Part shown: piece by piece, positions 1-7,905 of the stretch | How positions within the stretch are numbered: position 1 is the first letter of the stretch | Layout of the letters: each line of letters begins with the position of its first letter | DNA from: an uncultured Candidatus Pelagibacter sp. | GTDB lineage: Bacteria > Pseudomonadota > Alphaproteobacteria > Pelagibacterales > Pelagibacteraceae | Assembly: GCA_905612365.1 (NCBI GenBank) | Contig: CAJQRP010000004.1 | Location: 1-42,117, forward strand | DNA: 42,117 nt | Reading direction: 5' to 3' | Notes under the pieces: model-generated | What the model saw: the letters and a program-made list of their open reading frames with translations, nothing else | What the model was told of the DNA's origin: nothing | Databases searched by the model: none | Made by a program: the position numbers and the translations under genes

Positions 1-812
1 CTTTTCATTCTGAACAAGCATTAAAATATGGAACAAATCTTGTAGGTGGAGTTACTCCCAAAAAAGGAGGACAAAAACATCTTGAACGTCCAGTATTTAA
101 TACTGTAGCTGAAGCTAAAAAAGAAGTTGGTGCTGATGCAACTATGATTTATGTGCCTGCAAAATTTGCAGCAGCAGCTATAATAGAAGCTATAGACGCA
201 TCCATTGAGCTTATAGTTTGTATTACTGAAGGTATACCAATTCAAGATATGCTTCGTGTTAAACAAAAGCTAAATAGTTCAAAAAGCAGATTGATAGGAC
301 CTAACTGTCCAGGAATAATTACTCCTGATGAATGTAAAATTGGAATTATGCCTGGAAATATTCACAAAAAAGGTTCTGTGGGAATTGTTTCAAGATCTGG
401 AACTTTAACCTATGAGGCAGTTGCACAAACAACTGAAAATGGGTTAGGACAATCTACTTGTATAGGTATCGGTGGAGATCCAATAAATGGAACAAGCTTT
501 ATTGATTGTTTGGATTTATTTTTAAATGATGATGAGACTGAGTCTATTCTTATGATAGGAGAAATTGGTGGTTCTGCAGAAGAAGAAGCAGCTGAATTTG
601 TTAAAAACCACAAAATAAAAAAACCTATGGTTGGATTTGTAGCTGGAATAACAGCACCCCCTGGAAGAACTATGGGGCATGCTGGAGCTATTATCTCAGG
701 TGGTAAGGGTGGAGCAGAGGATAAGATTAAAAAAATGGAAGAATGTGGGATTATAATTGCAAAATCACCATCTGAACTAGGCAAAACATTATTTAATAAA
801 TTATCTAATTGA
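1..812 (+). CDS. sucD: Succinyl-CoA synthetase alpha subunit, 5'-truncated by the window edge
   Basis: Frame is open upstream of the ORF-track Met at 144 ([23 protein letters not shown]...). Motifs [17 protein letters not shown] and MGHAGA (phospho-His). Precedes sucAB. Confidence 0.97.
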   Translation, partial: FHSEQALKYGTNLVGGVTPKKGGQKHLERPVFNTVAEAKKEVGADATMIYVPAKFAAAAIIEAIDASIELIVCITEGIPIQDMLRVKQKLNSSKSRLIGPNCPGIITPDECKIGIMPGNIHKKGSVGIVSRSGTLTYEAVAQTTENGLGQSTCIGIGGDPINGTSFIDCLDLFLNDDETESILMIGEIGGSAEEEAAEFVKNHKIKKPMVGFVAGITAPPGRTMGHAGAIISGGKGGAEDKIKKMEECGIIIAKSPSELGKTLFNKLSN

Positions 813-846
813 AAATTATTTATCTGATATTATATCAATAAAATAG

Positions 847-3750
847 ATGTCATCATCAAAAAATCTCGAATTCGAAAAAACCTCATTTCTCAGTAAATCA
901 AATAGTGCATTTATAGAACAAATGTATTTAAAATTTATCAATAAAGATAAAGACCTTCCTGAAAGTTGGCAGCATTACTTTGATGGTATAGGTGAAGATT
1001 TAAGTGTGATTGCCAAGGAAATTAATGGACCATCATGGGGTATAAAACAAAAAATTGATATTGATGAAATTGAAAAAAGGATCGAAGAAGATGACAAAAA
1101 ACTTTCTAATGGAAGCAATGATGCAAAAGTTAATTCAAAAGATTTAATCAAAAGCAATCTTAACTCAATTAGAGCTGTTGCATTAATTAGAGCCTATAGA
1201 CAAAGGGGACATTTATTAGCAAAGCTTGACCCACTTGGAATGATGAAAACGGAGTACTTAGATGAATTACATCCTGAATATTATGGGTTCAAAAAAGAAA
1301 ATTATAATGAAAAAATTTATTTAGATGGTGTAATAAATAAAGAATACTCTACTGTAAAAGAAATATTAAGTTTTTTAAACAAAACTTATTGTGGGCCAAT
1401 TGGTTATGAATATATGCATATATCAAACCCAACTGAAAGAAAATGGCTTAGAGATAGAATTGAGCAGGATGAGAACTCTCTTCAATTTACAAAGAATGGT
1501 AAAGAAGCTATTTTAAATAAACTTATTCAAGCTGAAGGATTTGAAAAATTTTTACATACTAAATATGTTGGTACAAAAAGATTTGGACTAGATGGAGGAG
1601 AAAGTTTAATTCCTGCTTTAGAACAAATTATTAAAATTGCTGGTCAATCAGAAGCTAAAGAAGTTAAAATTGGAATGTCTCATAGAGGTAGGCTCAATGT
1701 GCTAGCAAACGTTTTACAAAAATCATACAAAAGAATATTCAATGAATTTGCAGGAGACGTTCAAACAACAGGAGAAGAAGGAGCGGGAGACGTAAAATAC
1801 CATTTAGGAGCATCGTCGGATAGAAAATTTGATGGAAATTCTATACATGTTGGTCTTACAGATAACCCCTCGCACTTAGAGGCAGTTAATCCTGTTGTAT
1901 TAGGACAGACAAGAGGAAAACAATTTTTTCATGAAGATAAAGAAAGAAATAAAGTTTTACCTATTTTAATACATGGTGATGCAGCATTTGCAGGCCAAGG
2001 TGTTGTGGCTGAATGTTTTGCAATGTCTGGCTTACCAGGGCATAATACAGGTGGAACAATTCATTTTATTGTTAATAATCAAATAGGTTTTACTACAAGC
2101 CCAAGGTTTGCAAGATCATCACCATATCCATCAGATGTTGCAAAAATGGTAGATGCCCCAATACTTCACGTAAATGGTGATGACCCAGAAGCAGTTGTTT
2201 ATGCAACAAGAATTGCAACAGAATTTAGATTAAAATTTAACAGAGACGTTGTTGTTGATATAATCTGCTACAGAAGGTTTGGTCATAATGAAGGAGATGA
2301 ACCTTCATTTACTCAACCATTAATGTATAAAAAAATTAGATCACACCCTACACCAGTAGAGGTATATGGAAGTAAATTAGTAAATGAAAATACACTTTCG
2401 GTGGATGAACTTAAAGGGTTTAAAACTGAGTTTAAAAACTTACTAGATGATCAATACAAAAATGCAAAAGATTATAAGCCGAAAATTGAATGGTATGAGG
2501 GAAGTTGGTCAAGATATAAACCAGAAAAAGGAAAGGATAAAAGAGGTGTAAGTGGTTTTGACCAGAAAAAACTTTTAGAAATTTCAGAAAAGATTAATTC
2601 AACACCAGAGGAATTAAATTTACACAAAACTATAATTAAAATTTTAAATACTAGAAGAGCATCAGTATCAGATGGCAAAGGTATAGATTGGTCAACAGCT
2701 GAAGCTTTGGCATTTGGCTCATTATTAGAAGAAGGTTATCCAGTAAGATTGGTTGGGCAAGATTCAGGAAGAGGAACGTTTAGTCAAAGACACTCAGTTC
2801 TAAGAAATCAAGAAGATAACTCTAGATATGTTCCTCTAAATAATATTTCAAAAGTTCAAAAACGATATGAAATAGTAGATAGTTTTTTATCAGAATTAGC
2901 AGTTTTAGGTTTTGAATATGGTTATAGTTTGGTTCAGCCAAATACTCTAACAATGTGGGAGGCACAATTTGGTGATTTTGCAAATGGCGCACAAGTAGTT
3001 ATAGATCAATTTATAGCATCAGGAGAGAGAAAATGGACAAGAGCATCGGGACTAGTAATGCTTCTGCCTCATGGTTATGAAGGCCAAGGACCAGAACACT
3101 CTTCAGCAAGACTAGAAAGGTTTTTACAATTATGTGCTAACGATAATATGCAGGTAGTAAATTGCACAACACCAGCAAACTATTTTCATGCTTTAAGACG
3201 TCAAATGCATAGAGAATTTAGAAAGCCACTAATAATAATGACTCCAAAATCTTTATTAAGAAACAAACACTGTGTTTCAAATATAGAAGACTTTGATAAA
3301 GATACATTTTTCCACAGAATTTTATGGGATCATGCGCTAGATGAAGAAAATGGATTTATAAAATTAAAAGAAAGCTCAAAAATTAAAAAAGTAATTCTAT
3401 GTTCAGGAAAGGTTTATTTTGATCTGCTAGATGCTCGAGAGAAATTGCAAAAGGATGATGTAGTGTTGTACAGAGTTGAACAACTTTATCCTTTTCCAGT
3501 TAAAAGTTTAGTTAAAGAAATCAAAAAGTATGCAAAAAATGCTAAATTTTATTGGTGTCAGGAAGAACCAAAAAATATGGGTGCATGGTTTTCTGTAAGA
3601 GATTATATACAATGGACATTAGAAACTATTAACGCTAATAATAGAGAAATTTCTTATATAGGAAGAAGTCCAGACGCATCCCCAGCAACAGGATATGCAA
3701 AAAGACATATTTCACAACAACAAGAGATAATTAACAAGGTTTTTGATTAA
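847..3750 (+). CDS. sucA: 2-oxoglutarate dehydrogenase E1
   Basis: [18 protein letters not shown] (TPP motif), [30 protein letters not shown]. Confidence 0.98.
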   Translation: MSSSKNLEFEKTSFLSKSNSAFIEQMYLKFINKDKDLPESWQHYFDGIGEDLSVIAKEINGPSWGIKQKIDIDEIEKRIEEDDKKLSNGSNDAKVNSKDLIKSNLNSIRAVALIRAYRQRGHLLAKLDPLGMMKTEYLDELHPEYYGFKKENYNEKIYLDGVINKEYSTVKEILSFLNKTYCGPIGYEYMHISNPTERKWLRDRIEQDENSLQFTKNGKEAILNKLIQAEGFEKFLHTKYVGTKRFGLDGGESLIPALEQIIKIAGQSEAKEVKIGMSHRGRLNVLANVLQKSYKRIFNEFAGDVQTTGEEGAGDVKYHLGASSDRKFDGNSIHVGLTDNPSHLEAVNPVVLGQTRGKQFFHEDKERNKVLPILIHGDAAFAGQGVVAECFAMSGLPGHNTGGTIHFIVNNQIGFTTSPRFARSSPYPSDVAKMVDAPILHVNGDDPEAVVYATRIATEFRLKFNRDVVVDIICYRRFGHNEGDEPSFTQPLMYKKIRSHPTPVEVYGSKLVNENTLSVDELKGFKTEFKNLLDDQYKNAKDYKPKIEWYEGSWSRYKPEKGKDKRGVSGFDQKKLLEISEKINSTPEELNLHKTIIKILNTRRASVSDGKGIDWSTAEALAFGSLLEEGYPVRLVGQDSGRGTFSQRHSVLRNQEDNSRYVPLNNISKVQKRYEIVDSFLSELAVLGFEYGYSLVQPNTLTMWEAQFGDFANGAQVVIDQFIASGERKWTRASGLVMLLPHGYEGQGPEHSSARLERFLQLCANDNMQVVNCTTPANYFHALRRQMHREFRKPLIIMTPKSLLRNKHCVSNIEDFDKDTFFHRILWDHALDEENGFIKLKESSKIKKVILCSGKVYFDLLDAREKLQKDDVVLYRVEQLYPFPVKSLVKEIKKYAKNAKFYWCQEEPKNMGAWFSVRDYIQWTLETINANNREISYIGRSPDASPATGYAKRHISQQQEIINKVFD

Positions 3751-3752
3751 AA

Positions 3753-5066
3753 ATGAGTGAAAAAATTCTAGTACCAGTTTTAGGAGAAAGCATAACGGAA
3801 GCTACAGTTGCTAAGTGGCTTAAAAAAGAAGGTGAATCAGTTGCAGTTGATGAAGCAATTGTTGAGCTAGAAACTGATAAGGTTAATTTAGAAGTTCCAT
3901 CTCCTATAGATGGAGTGTTATCAGAAATAAATTCTAAGGATGGAGAAACTGTAGAAGTGGGAGCATTGCTTGGTACAATAAGTCAAAATGGAGCTCAACC
4001 ATCAGAAAAAAAAGTAATAACTAAAATTGAACCTACAAAAGTAGAAAATAATGTTGTTAACTTAGAAATAAAAAAAGAAATACCTAAAGTTTTCAAAGAA
4101 TCTGCAGAGGAAGAGCCTTTAATATTAACTAATGAAGTCAAAGAAGAAAAACCATTAAAATTAAATAATGAAGTTAAAGAGGACAAGCCTGATTCCTCAA
4201 ATAAAAATAATGAAATACTTTCACCAGCTGTAAGAAAAATTGTGGTTGAAAATAAAATTGATTTAAAAAAAGTTAGTGGCTCAGGTAAAGAGGGTAGAAT
4301 TCTTAAAGGTGATCTAATTGGTATGATGGGAGAAAACCCACAACCATCAGAACGAAAAATTAAATACGGTCAAGAAGAGAGAATTAAAATGTCTAGGCTT
4401 AGACAGACAATTGCAAAAAGATTAAAACAAGCACAAGAAAATGCAGCATTATTAACAACCTTTAATGAAGTTGATATGACTAGTATAATGGAAATGAGGA
4501 AAGAGAACCAGGAAGATTTCCAAAGTAGGTATGGAATTAAATTAGGGTTTATGTCATTTTTTGTAAAAGCATGTGTTGCTGCACTAAAAATGTACCCATC
4601 AGTTAATGCTGAAATTGACGGAGACGAAATTATTTATAAGAATTATTATAATATGAGTTTTGCGGTAGGAACTGAAAAAGGATTAGTAGTACCAGTATTA
4701 AGAGATGCTGATCAATTATCATTTGCTGATATTGAAAAAAATATTAAAACTATTTCTGAAAAAGCAAGAGACGGAAAAATAACCATAGAAGACCTTCAAG
4801 GTGGAACCTTTACAATTAGTAATGGTGGAGTTTATGGCTCAATGCTATCTACTCCAATATTAAACTTACCTCAATCTGGTGTGTTAGGTATGCATAATAT
4901 AGTCGAAAGACCAATGGTAGTTGATGGTGAAATTAAAATTAGACCCATTATGTATCTTGCCTTATCTTATGATCACAGAATTATAGATGGAAAAGAGTCA
5001 GTATCATTCTTAAAAATGGTTAAAGAAAACTTAGAGGATCCAAGAAGGTTGTTTTTAAATATTTAA
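3753..5066 (+). CDS. sucB: Dihydrolipoyllysine-residue succinyltransferase (OGDH E2)
   Basis: Lipoyl domain ELETDKV, E3-binding SPAVRK...GSGKEGRI, catalytic SYDHRIIDG. Confidence 0.97.
   Translation: MSEKILVPVLGESITEATVAKWLKKEGESVAVDEAIVELETDKVNLEVPSPIDGVLSEINSKDGETVEVGALLGTISQNGAQPSEKKVITKIEPTKVENNVVNLEIKKEIPKVFKESAEEEPLILTNEVKEEKPLKLNNEVKEDKPDSSNKNNEILSPAVRKIVVENKIDLKKVSGSGKEGRILKGDLIGMMGENPQPSERKIKYGQEERIKMSRLRQTIAKRLKQAQENAALLTTFNEVDMTSIMEMRKENQEDFQSRYGIKLGFMSFFVKACVAALKMYPSVNAEIDGDEIIYKNYYNMSFAVGTEKGLVVPVLRDADQLSFADIEKNIKTISEKARDGKITIEDLQGGTFTISNGGVYGSMLSTPILNLPQSGVLGMHNIVERPMVVDGEIKIRPIMYLALSYDHRIIDGKESVSFLKMVKENLEDPRRLFLNI
4116..4190 (+). repeat. Degenerate in-frame 36-nt tandem duplication in the SucB linker
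   Basis: [12 protein letters not shown] / [12 protein letters not shown] / P; Pro codons at 4116, 4152 and 4188 (36-nt period). Confidence 0.75.
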
Positions 5067-6467
5067 ATGTCAGATAAATTTCAAGCAGTTGTAATAGGTG
5101 GTGGTCCGGGAGGTTATGTGTGTGCAATAAGGTTAGCGCAATTGGGACTTAAAACTGCATGTATAGAATCAAGAGGCTCATTAGGTGGAACTTGTTTAAA
5201 TGTTGGGTGTATACCTTCTAAAAATTTATTAAATATTTCCGAAAATTATCATAAGGCGCAAAATTTCTCTAAACTTGGCATCGAAGTGGGTGAGGTAAAA
5301 CTTAATCTTCAAAAAATGATGCAAAATAAGGATAAAGCAGTAACAATATTGACTAAAGGTGTAGAGTTTTTATTTAAGAAAAATAAAGTCACTTATTTTA
5401 AGGGCACTGGAAGCTTTAAATCTGCAAATAAAATCTCAATATTAGATGATCAAAAAAAGGAAACTATAATTGAGGCAGATAAAACGGTAATTAGCACAGG
5501 ATCTGTACCAGTAGAATTACAAGAAATGGAATTTGATGAAAAAATAATTGTATCTTCAACAGGTGCATTAACTCTGCAATCGGTTCCAAAAAAAATGGTT
5601 GTAGTTGGTGGAGGCTATATAGGATTAGAGATGGGATCTGTTTGGTCTAGATTAGGCGCTGAAGTTCATGTGGTTGAATTTCTTGATCATATTACGCCAG
5701 GAATGGATAGAGAAATATCTTCAGAATTTATGAAAATTTTAAAAAAACAAGGAATTAACTTCCATATGCAAACCAAAGTAGAGGGAATTACTAAAAACAC
5801 AAATGGAGCTAGTGTTTCAACATCTGATAAAGATGGAAAAAAAATCAATTTTGACTGTGATGTTGTTCTTATATCTGTTGGCAGAAAACCTAACACAACC
5901 AACCTAAACTTAGAAGCAATTGGTGTTGAATTGGATGAAAAGAAAAGAATTATAACAAATAAAAGCTTTCAAACAAACGTAAGTAATGTTTATGCAATTG
6001 GTGATGTAATAGATGGGCCAATGTTAGCGCACAAAGCTGAAGATGAAGGTATTGCAGTTGCAGAAAATATAGCAGGACAATCAGGGCATGTAAATTATGA
6101 TATTATTCCAGGTGTTGTTTATACAACTCCAGAAGTTGCTTCAATTGGAAAAACTGAAGAGCAATTAAAAGAAGCAAATATAAAATACAAAATTGGCAAA
6201 TTTTCGTTTATGGCAAACTCAAGAGCTAAAGCAATTGATGAAGCAGAAGGTTTTGTTAAAATTTTAGCTGATGAAAAAACAGATAAAGTTTTAGGAGCAC
6301 ATATTATCGGACCTCATGCAGGTGAATTAATTGGTGAAATTGGAGTTGCAATGGAGTTTGGTGCAAGTGCTGAAGATATTGCAAGAACGTGTCATGCACA
6401 TCCAACATTCTCAGAAGCTGTAAAAGAAGCAGCTTTATCAGTAGATAAAAGAGCAATACACTCTTAG
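5067..6467 (+). CDS. lpdA: Dihydrolipoamide dehydrogenase (E3)
   Basis: GGGPGGY FAD motif, GGTCLNVGCIPSK redox disulfide, HAHPTFSE. Confidence 0.98.
   Translation: MSDKFQAVVIGGGPGGYVCAIRLAQLGLKTACIESRGSLGGTCLNVGCIPSKNLLNISENYHKAQNFSKLGIEVGEVKLNLQKMMQNKDKAVTILTKGVEFLFKKNKVTYFKGTGSFKSANKISILDDQKKETIIEADKTVISTGSVPVELQEMEFDEKIIVSSTGALTLQSVPKKMVVVGGGYIGLEMGSVWSRLGAEVHVVEFLDHITPGMDREISSEFMKILKKQGINFHMQTKVEGITKNTNGASVSTSDKDGKKINFDCDVVLISVGRKPNTTNLNLEAIGVELDEKKRIITNKSFQTNVSNVYAIGDVIDGPMLAHKAEDEGIAVAENIAGQSGHVNYDIIPGVVYTTPEVASIGKTEEQLKEANIKYKIGKFSFMANSRAKAIDEAEGFVKILADEKTDKVLGAHIIGPHAGELIGEIGVAMEFGASAEDIARTCHAHPTFSEAVKEAALSVDKRAIHS
6452..6466 (+). repeat. Left att-like direct repeat (last codons of lpdA)
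   Basis: AGCAATACACTCTTA, embedded in AAGAG-CAATACA-CTCTT (6449-6465), a 5-bp inverted repeat around a 7-bp spacer. Confidence 0.8.
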
Positions 6468-6514
6468 TCCCATATTATCCTATAAGATTTTTAAATTACC
6501 TTTTAGTACCAACA

Positions 6515-6532
6515 CTAATAATCAATTATTAG
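6515..6532. repeat. Perfect 8-bp inverted repeat with 2-nt spacer
   Basis: CTAATAAT-CA-ATTATTAG. Confidence 0.5.
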
Positions 6533-6607
6533 AAGACTATTTAAATTTTTGTAATCGTTGGTATTCCACATTTATTAAAACATTTACTTTGGATTTAATG
6601 GTGAATT

Positions 6608-6651
6608 TATGGGTGATGTCTGAAAAACTCTATGGGCGATTTATGGGCGAT
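6608..6651 (+). repeat. Three direct copies of TATGGGYGAT (candidate integrase arm-type sites)
   Basis: TATGGGTGAT 6608-6617, TATGGGCGAT 6631-6640, TATGGGCGAT 6642-6651. The repeat is observed; the function is inferred. Confidence 0.7.
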
Positions 6652-6673
6652 GACTGTATTGTTGTTTCACTAG

Positions 6674-6712
6674 TTCCATCACCTAGACACCTGACTGGAG
6701 GTTTGGTAGTCT
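6674..6712 (+). promoter_or_regulatory. Island promoter module 1 (sigma70-like, predicted leaderless transcript)
   Basis: TTCCATCACC-TAGACA(6684-6689)-N17-TAGTCT(6707-6712)-N6-ATG(6719). Confidence 0.55.
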
Positions 6713-6718
6713 TCATTA

Positions 6719-7120
6719 ATGATCTTATTATATTTCTCCTACCTAATCATAGTTTCGAATATTATAATTTTGTCTGCTGGTTATGTAGCTAACATAGCCT
6801 TCATCGGTTCATTCTTGGGTGGTTTAATGGCTATCGGAACCGATCCTATTATTCTTATACTAGGTGCTTTGTTAGGTGCTGGATTAGTAGCTAAACCATA
6901 TAAATTTTCAGTAATATATTTATGGTTAGGTGCAATGTTTTTAACAATGCTAGTTCATGTTATTTTAGGTACTACAAGAGTTACTGTAGATCTAGTTAAG
7001 TTTGATGCCTTACTAATAATTTCTGCACTCATAATTATTGCTACAAGTTTCTTTCGGCCACTGATTGCTGATATGACAGAGGATTTCGAAAAACCCATTA
7101 CAAAAAAAGCTCCAAAGTAA
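6719..7120 (+). CDS. Hypothetical multi-pass membrane protein, 133 aa
   Basis: About 4-5 hydrophobic segments, Gly-rich (GSFLGG, LGALLGAG), charged C-terminal tail; family not recognised. Confidence 0.7.
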   Translation: MILLYFSYLIIVSNIIILSAGYVANIAFIGSFLGGLMAIGTDPIILILGALLGAGLVAKPYKFSVIYLWLGAMFLTMLVHVILGTTRVTVDLVKFDALLIISALIIIATSFFRPLIADMTEDFEKPITKKAPK

Positions 7121-7272
7121 TGCCTAGAAAACCTAACTACAAAGATTTATTAAAAAAATTCAAAAAAAGAAATGTTAAAAATCCAGAAAGAATAGCAACA
7201 GCCTATATCAAAGGATTAACTGCAGGATCCAAAAAAAAGGCTGCTAAAAATTTAGCAGGAATTATAGATTAA
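7120..7272 (+). CDS. Small, highly basic hypothetical protein, 50 aa (not in ORF track)
   Basis: TAATG stop/start overlap with the upstream gene. MPRKPNYKDLLKKFKKRNVKNPERIATAYIKGLTAGSKKKAAKNLAGIID; 15 K/R versus 3 D/E. Confidence 0.65.
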   Translation: MPRKPNYKDLLKKFKKRNVKNPERIATAYIKGLTAGSKKKAAKNLAGIID

Positions 7273-7314
7273 AGAAAAAAGGACCTAGAATCAATGAATT
7301 CTAACTAGCGACTA

Positions 7315-7352
7315 TTCCACACCTAGATACCCAATTTATGATTTAGTAGAGT
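7315..7352 (+). promoter_or_regulatory. Island promoter module 2 (near-copy of module 1)
   Basis: TTCCACACC-TAGATA(7324-7329)-N17-TAGAGT(7347-7352)-N5-ATG(7358). Confidence 0.55.
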
Positions 7353-7357
7353 TTATT

Positions 7358-7534
7358 ATGGCTACATTAGATGGAATTATTGAACCAATATATTTTTTGA
7401 TTACCTCAATAATATTTATATTATTAAGTATAATCCAATATAAAAAATTTGGAAAAACTAGGGAAACAAAATATCTCGCAGGTTTGTCAATTTTTTTCTT
7501 ATGTAGTTACATTGCTATAATTTTAAAAAATTAG
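7358..7534 (+). CDS. Small two-TM membrane protein, 58 aa (not in ORF track)
   Basis: MATLDGIIEPIYFLITSIIFILLSIIQYKKFGKTRETKYLAGLSIFFLCSYIAIILKN; two hydrophobic helices around a basic loop; promoter-like module directly upstream. Confidence 0.6.
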   Translation: MATLDGIIEPIYFLITSIIFILLSIIQYKKFGKTRETKYLAGLSIFFLCSYIAIILKN

Positions 7535-7536
7535 AA

Positions 7537-7701
7537 ATGATAAAATTTATTCTGCCAGCTATAATTGTCCTCTTGATTGTAGTATTCTGGGAAAAAATTA
7601 CTGAAATAGTATTCAAAAAATTTAATATTAGGCTGAACTATATCATTGTGAGCACTGTCTTAATAACTATCGCTATAATAATTTTATTAATCAATTTATA
7701 A
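7537..7701 (+). CDS. Small two-TM membrane protein, 54 aa (not in ORF track)
   Basis: MIKFILPAIIVLLIVVFWEKITEIVFKKFNIRLNYIIVSTVLITIAIIILLINL; starts 2 nt after the previous stop. Confidence 0.6.
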   Translation: MIKFILPAIIVLLIVVFWEKITEIVFKKFNIRLNYIIVSTVLITIAIIILLINL

Positions 7702-7868
7702 ATTGACCAAGAGAAAGAATTAAAATAGATTCTAAGATGTATTGGGATCATCAATTAAATTGTGAGTTAGTTTCATAATTTAGGTTTTATTCTTGGTACA
7801 GAAAGTAAAAAGCAAACAGTGCCTTTAGAAGTTATGTTTATCAATAGAAGTATAGTGGCTAAAAAATT

Positions 7869-7883
7869 AGCAATACACTCTTA
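7869..7883 (+). repeat. Right att-like direct repeat (displaced copy of the lpdA 3' end)
   Basis: AGCAATACACTCTTA followed by A reads GCA ATA CAC TCT TAA = AIHS-stop, the LpdA C-terminus, ending about 20 nt before the priA ATG. Confidence 0.8.
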
Positions 7884-7905
7884 AATTATTTCATATTATA
7901 ATAAT

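Larger units (their letters stand above)
6452..7883. mobile_element. Integrase-less mini genomic island inserted at the 3' end of lpdA (defective or non-autonomous integrative element)
   Basis: Exact 15-bp direct repeat AGCAATACACTCTTA at 6452-6466 and 7869-7883, offset 1417 bp. Interior holds only small unrecognised ORFs, short repeats and long non-coding stretches, unlike the rest of the window. Confidence 0.75.

Noticed and set aside
6466-6491. Possible dif/Xer site (AGTCCCATAT; similar AGTTCCATCA at 6672 and AGTTTCATAA at 7769)
   Set aside because: These resemble a half-site only; none has a second arm at the required 6-bp spacing.
6589-6792. 67-aa ORF-track ORF with a TTG start in the island
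   Set aside because: It runs across the TATGGGYGAT repeats and promoter module and overlaps the better 133-aa ORF in another frame; likely spurious.
6608-7331. Island repeats as a CRISPR array or integron attC array
   Set aside because: Repeats are too short and irregularly spaced, there is no cas or intI gene, and no attC-like long imperfect hairpin is evident.
6670-7461. About ten CTAG tetramers in the island
   Set aside because: Several belong to the repeated promoter module, and CTAG is also common in core genes here; significance cannot be judged without a background count.
7771-7884. Open frame ending in AIHS as a second lpdA fragment
   Set aside because: Only the last four codons match LpdA; the upstream residues are unrelated, so it is the att duplication and not a paralogue.
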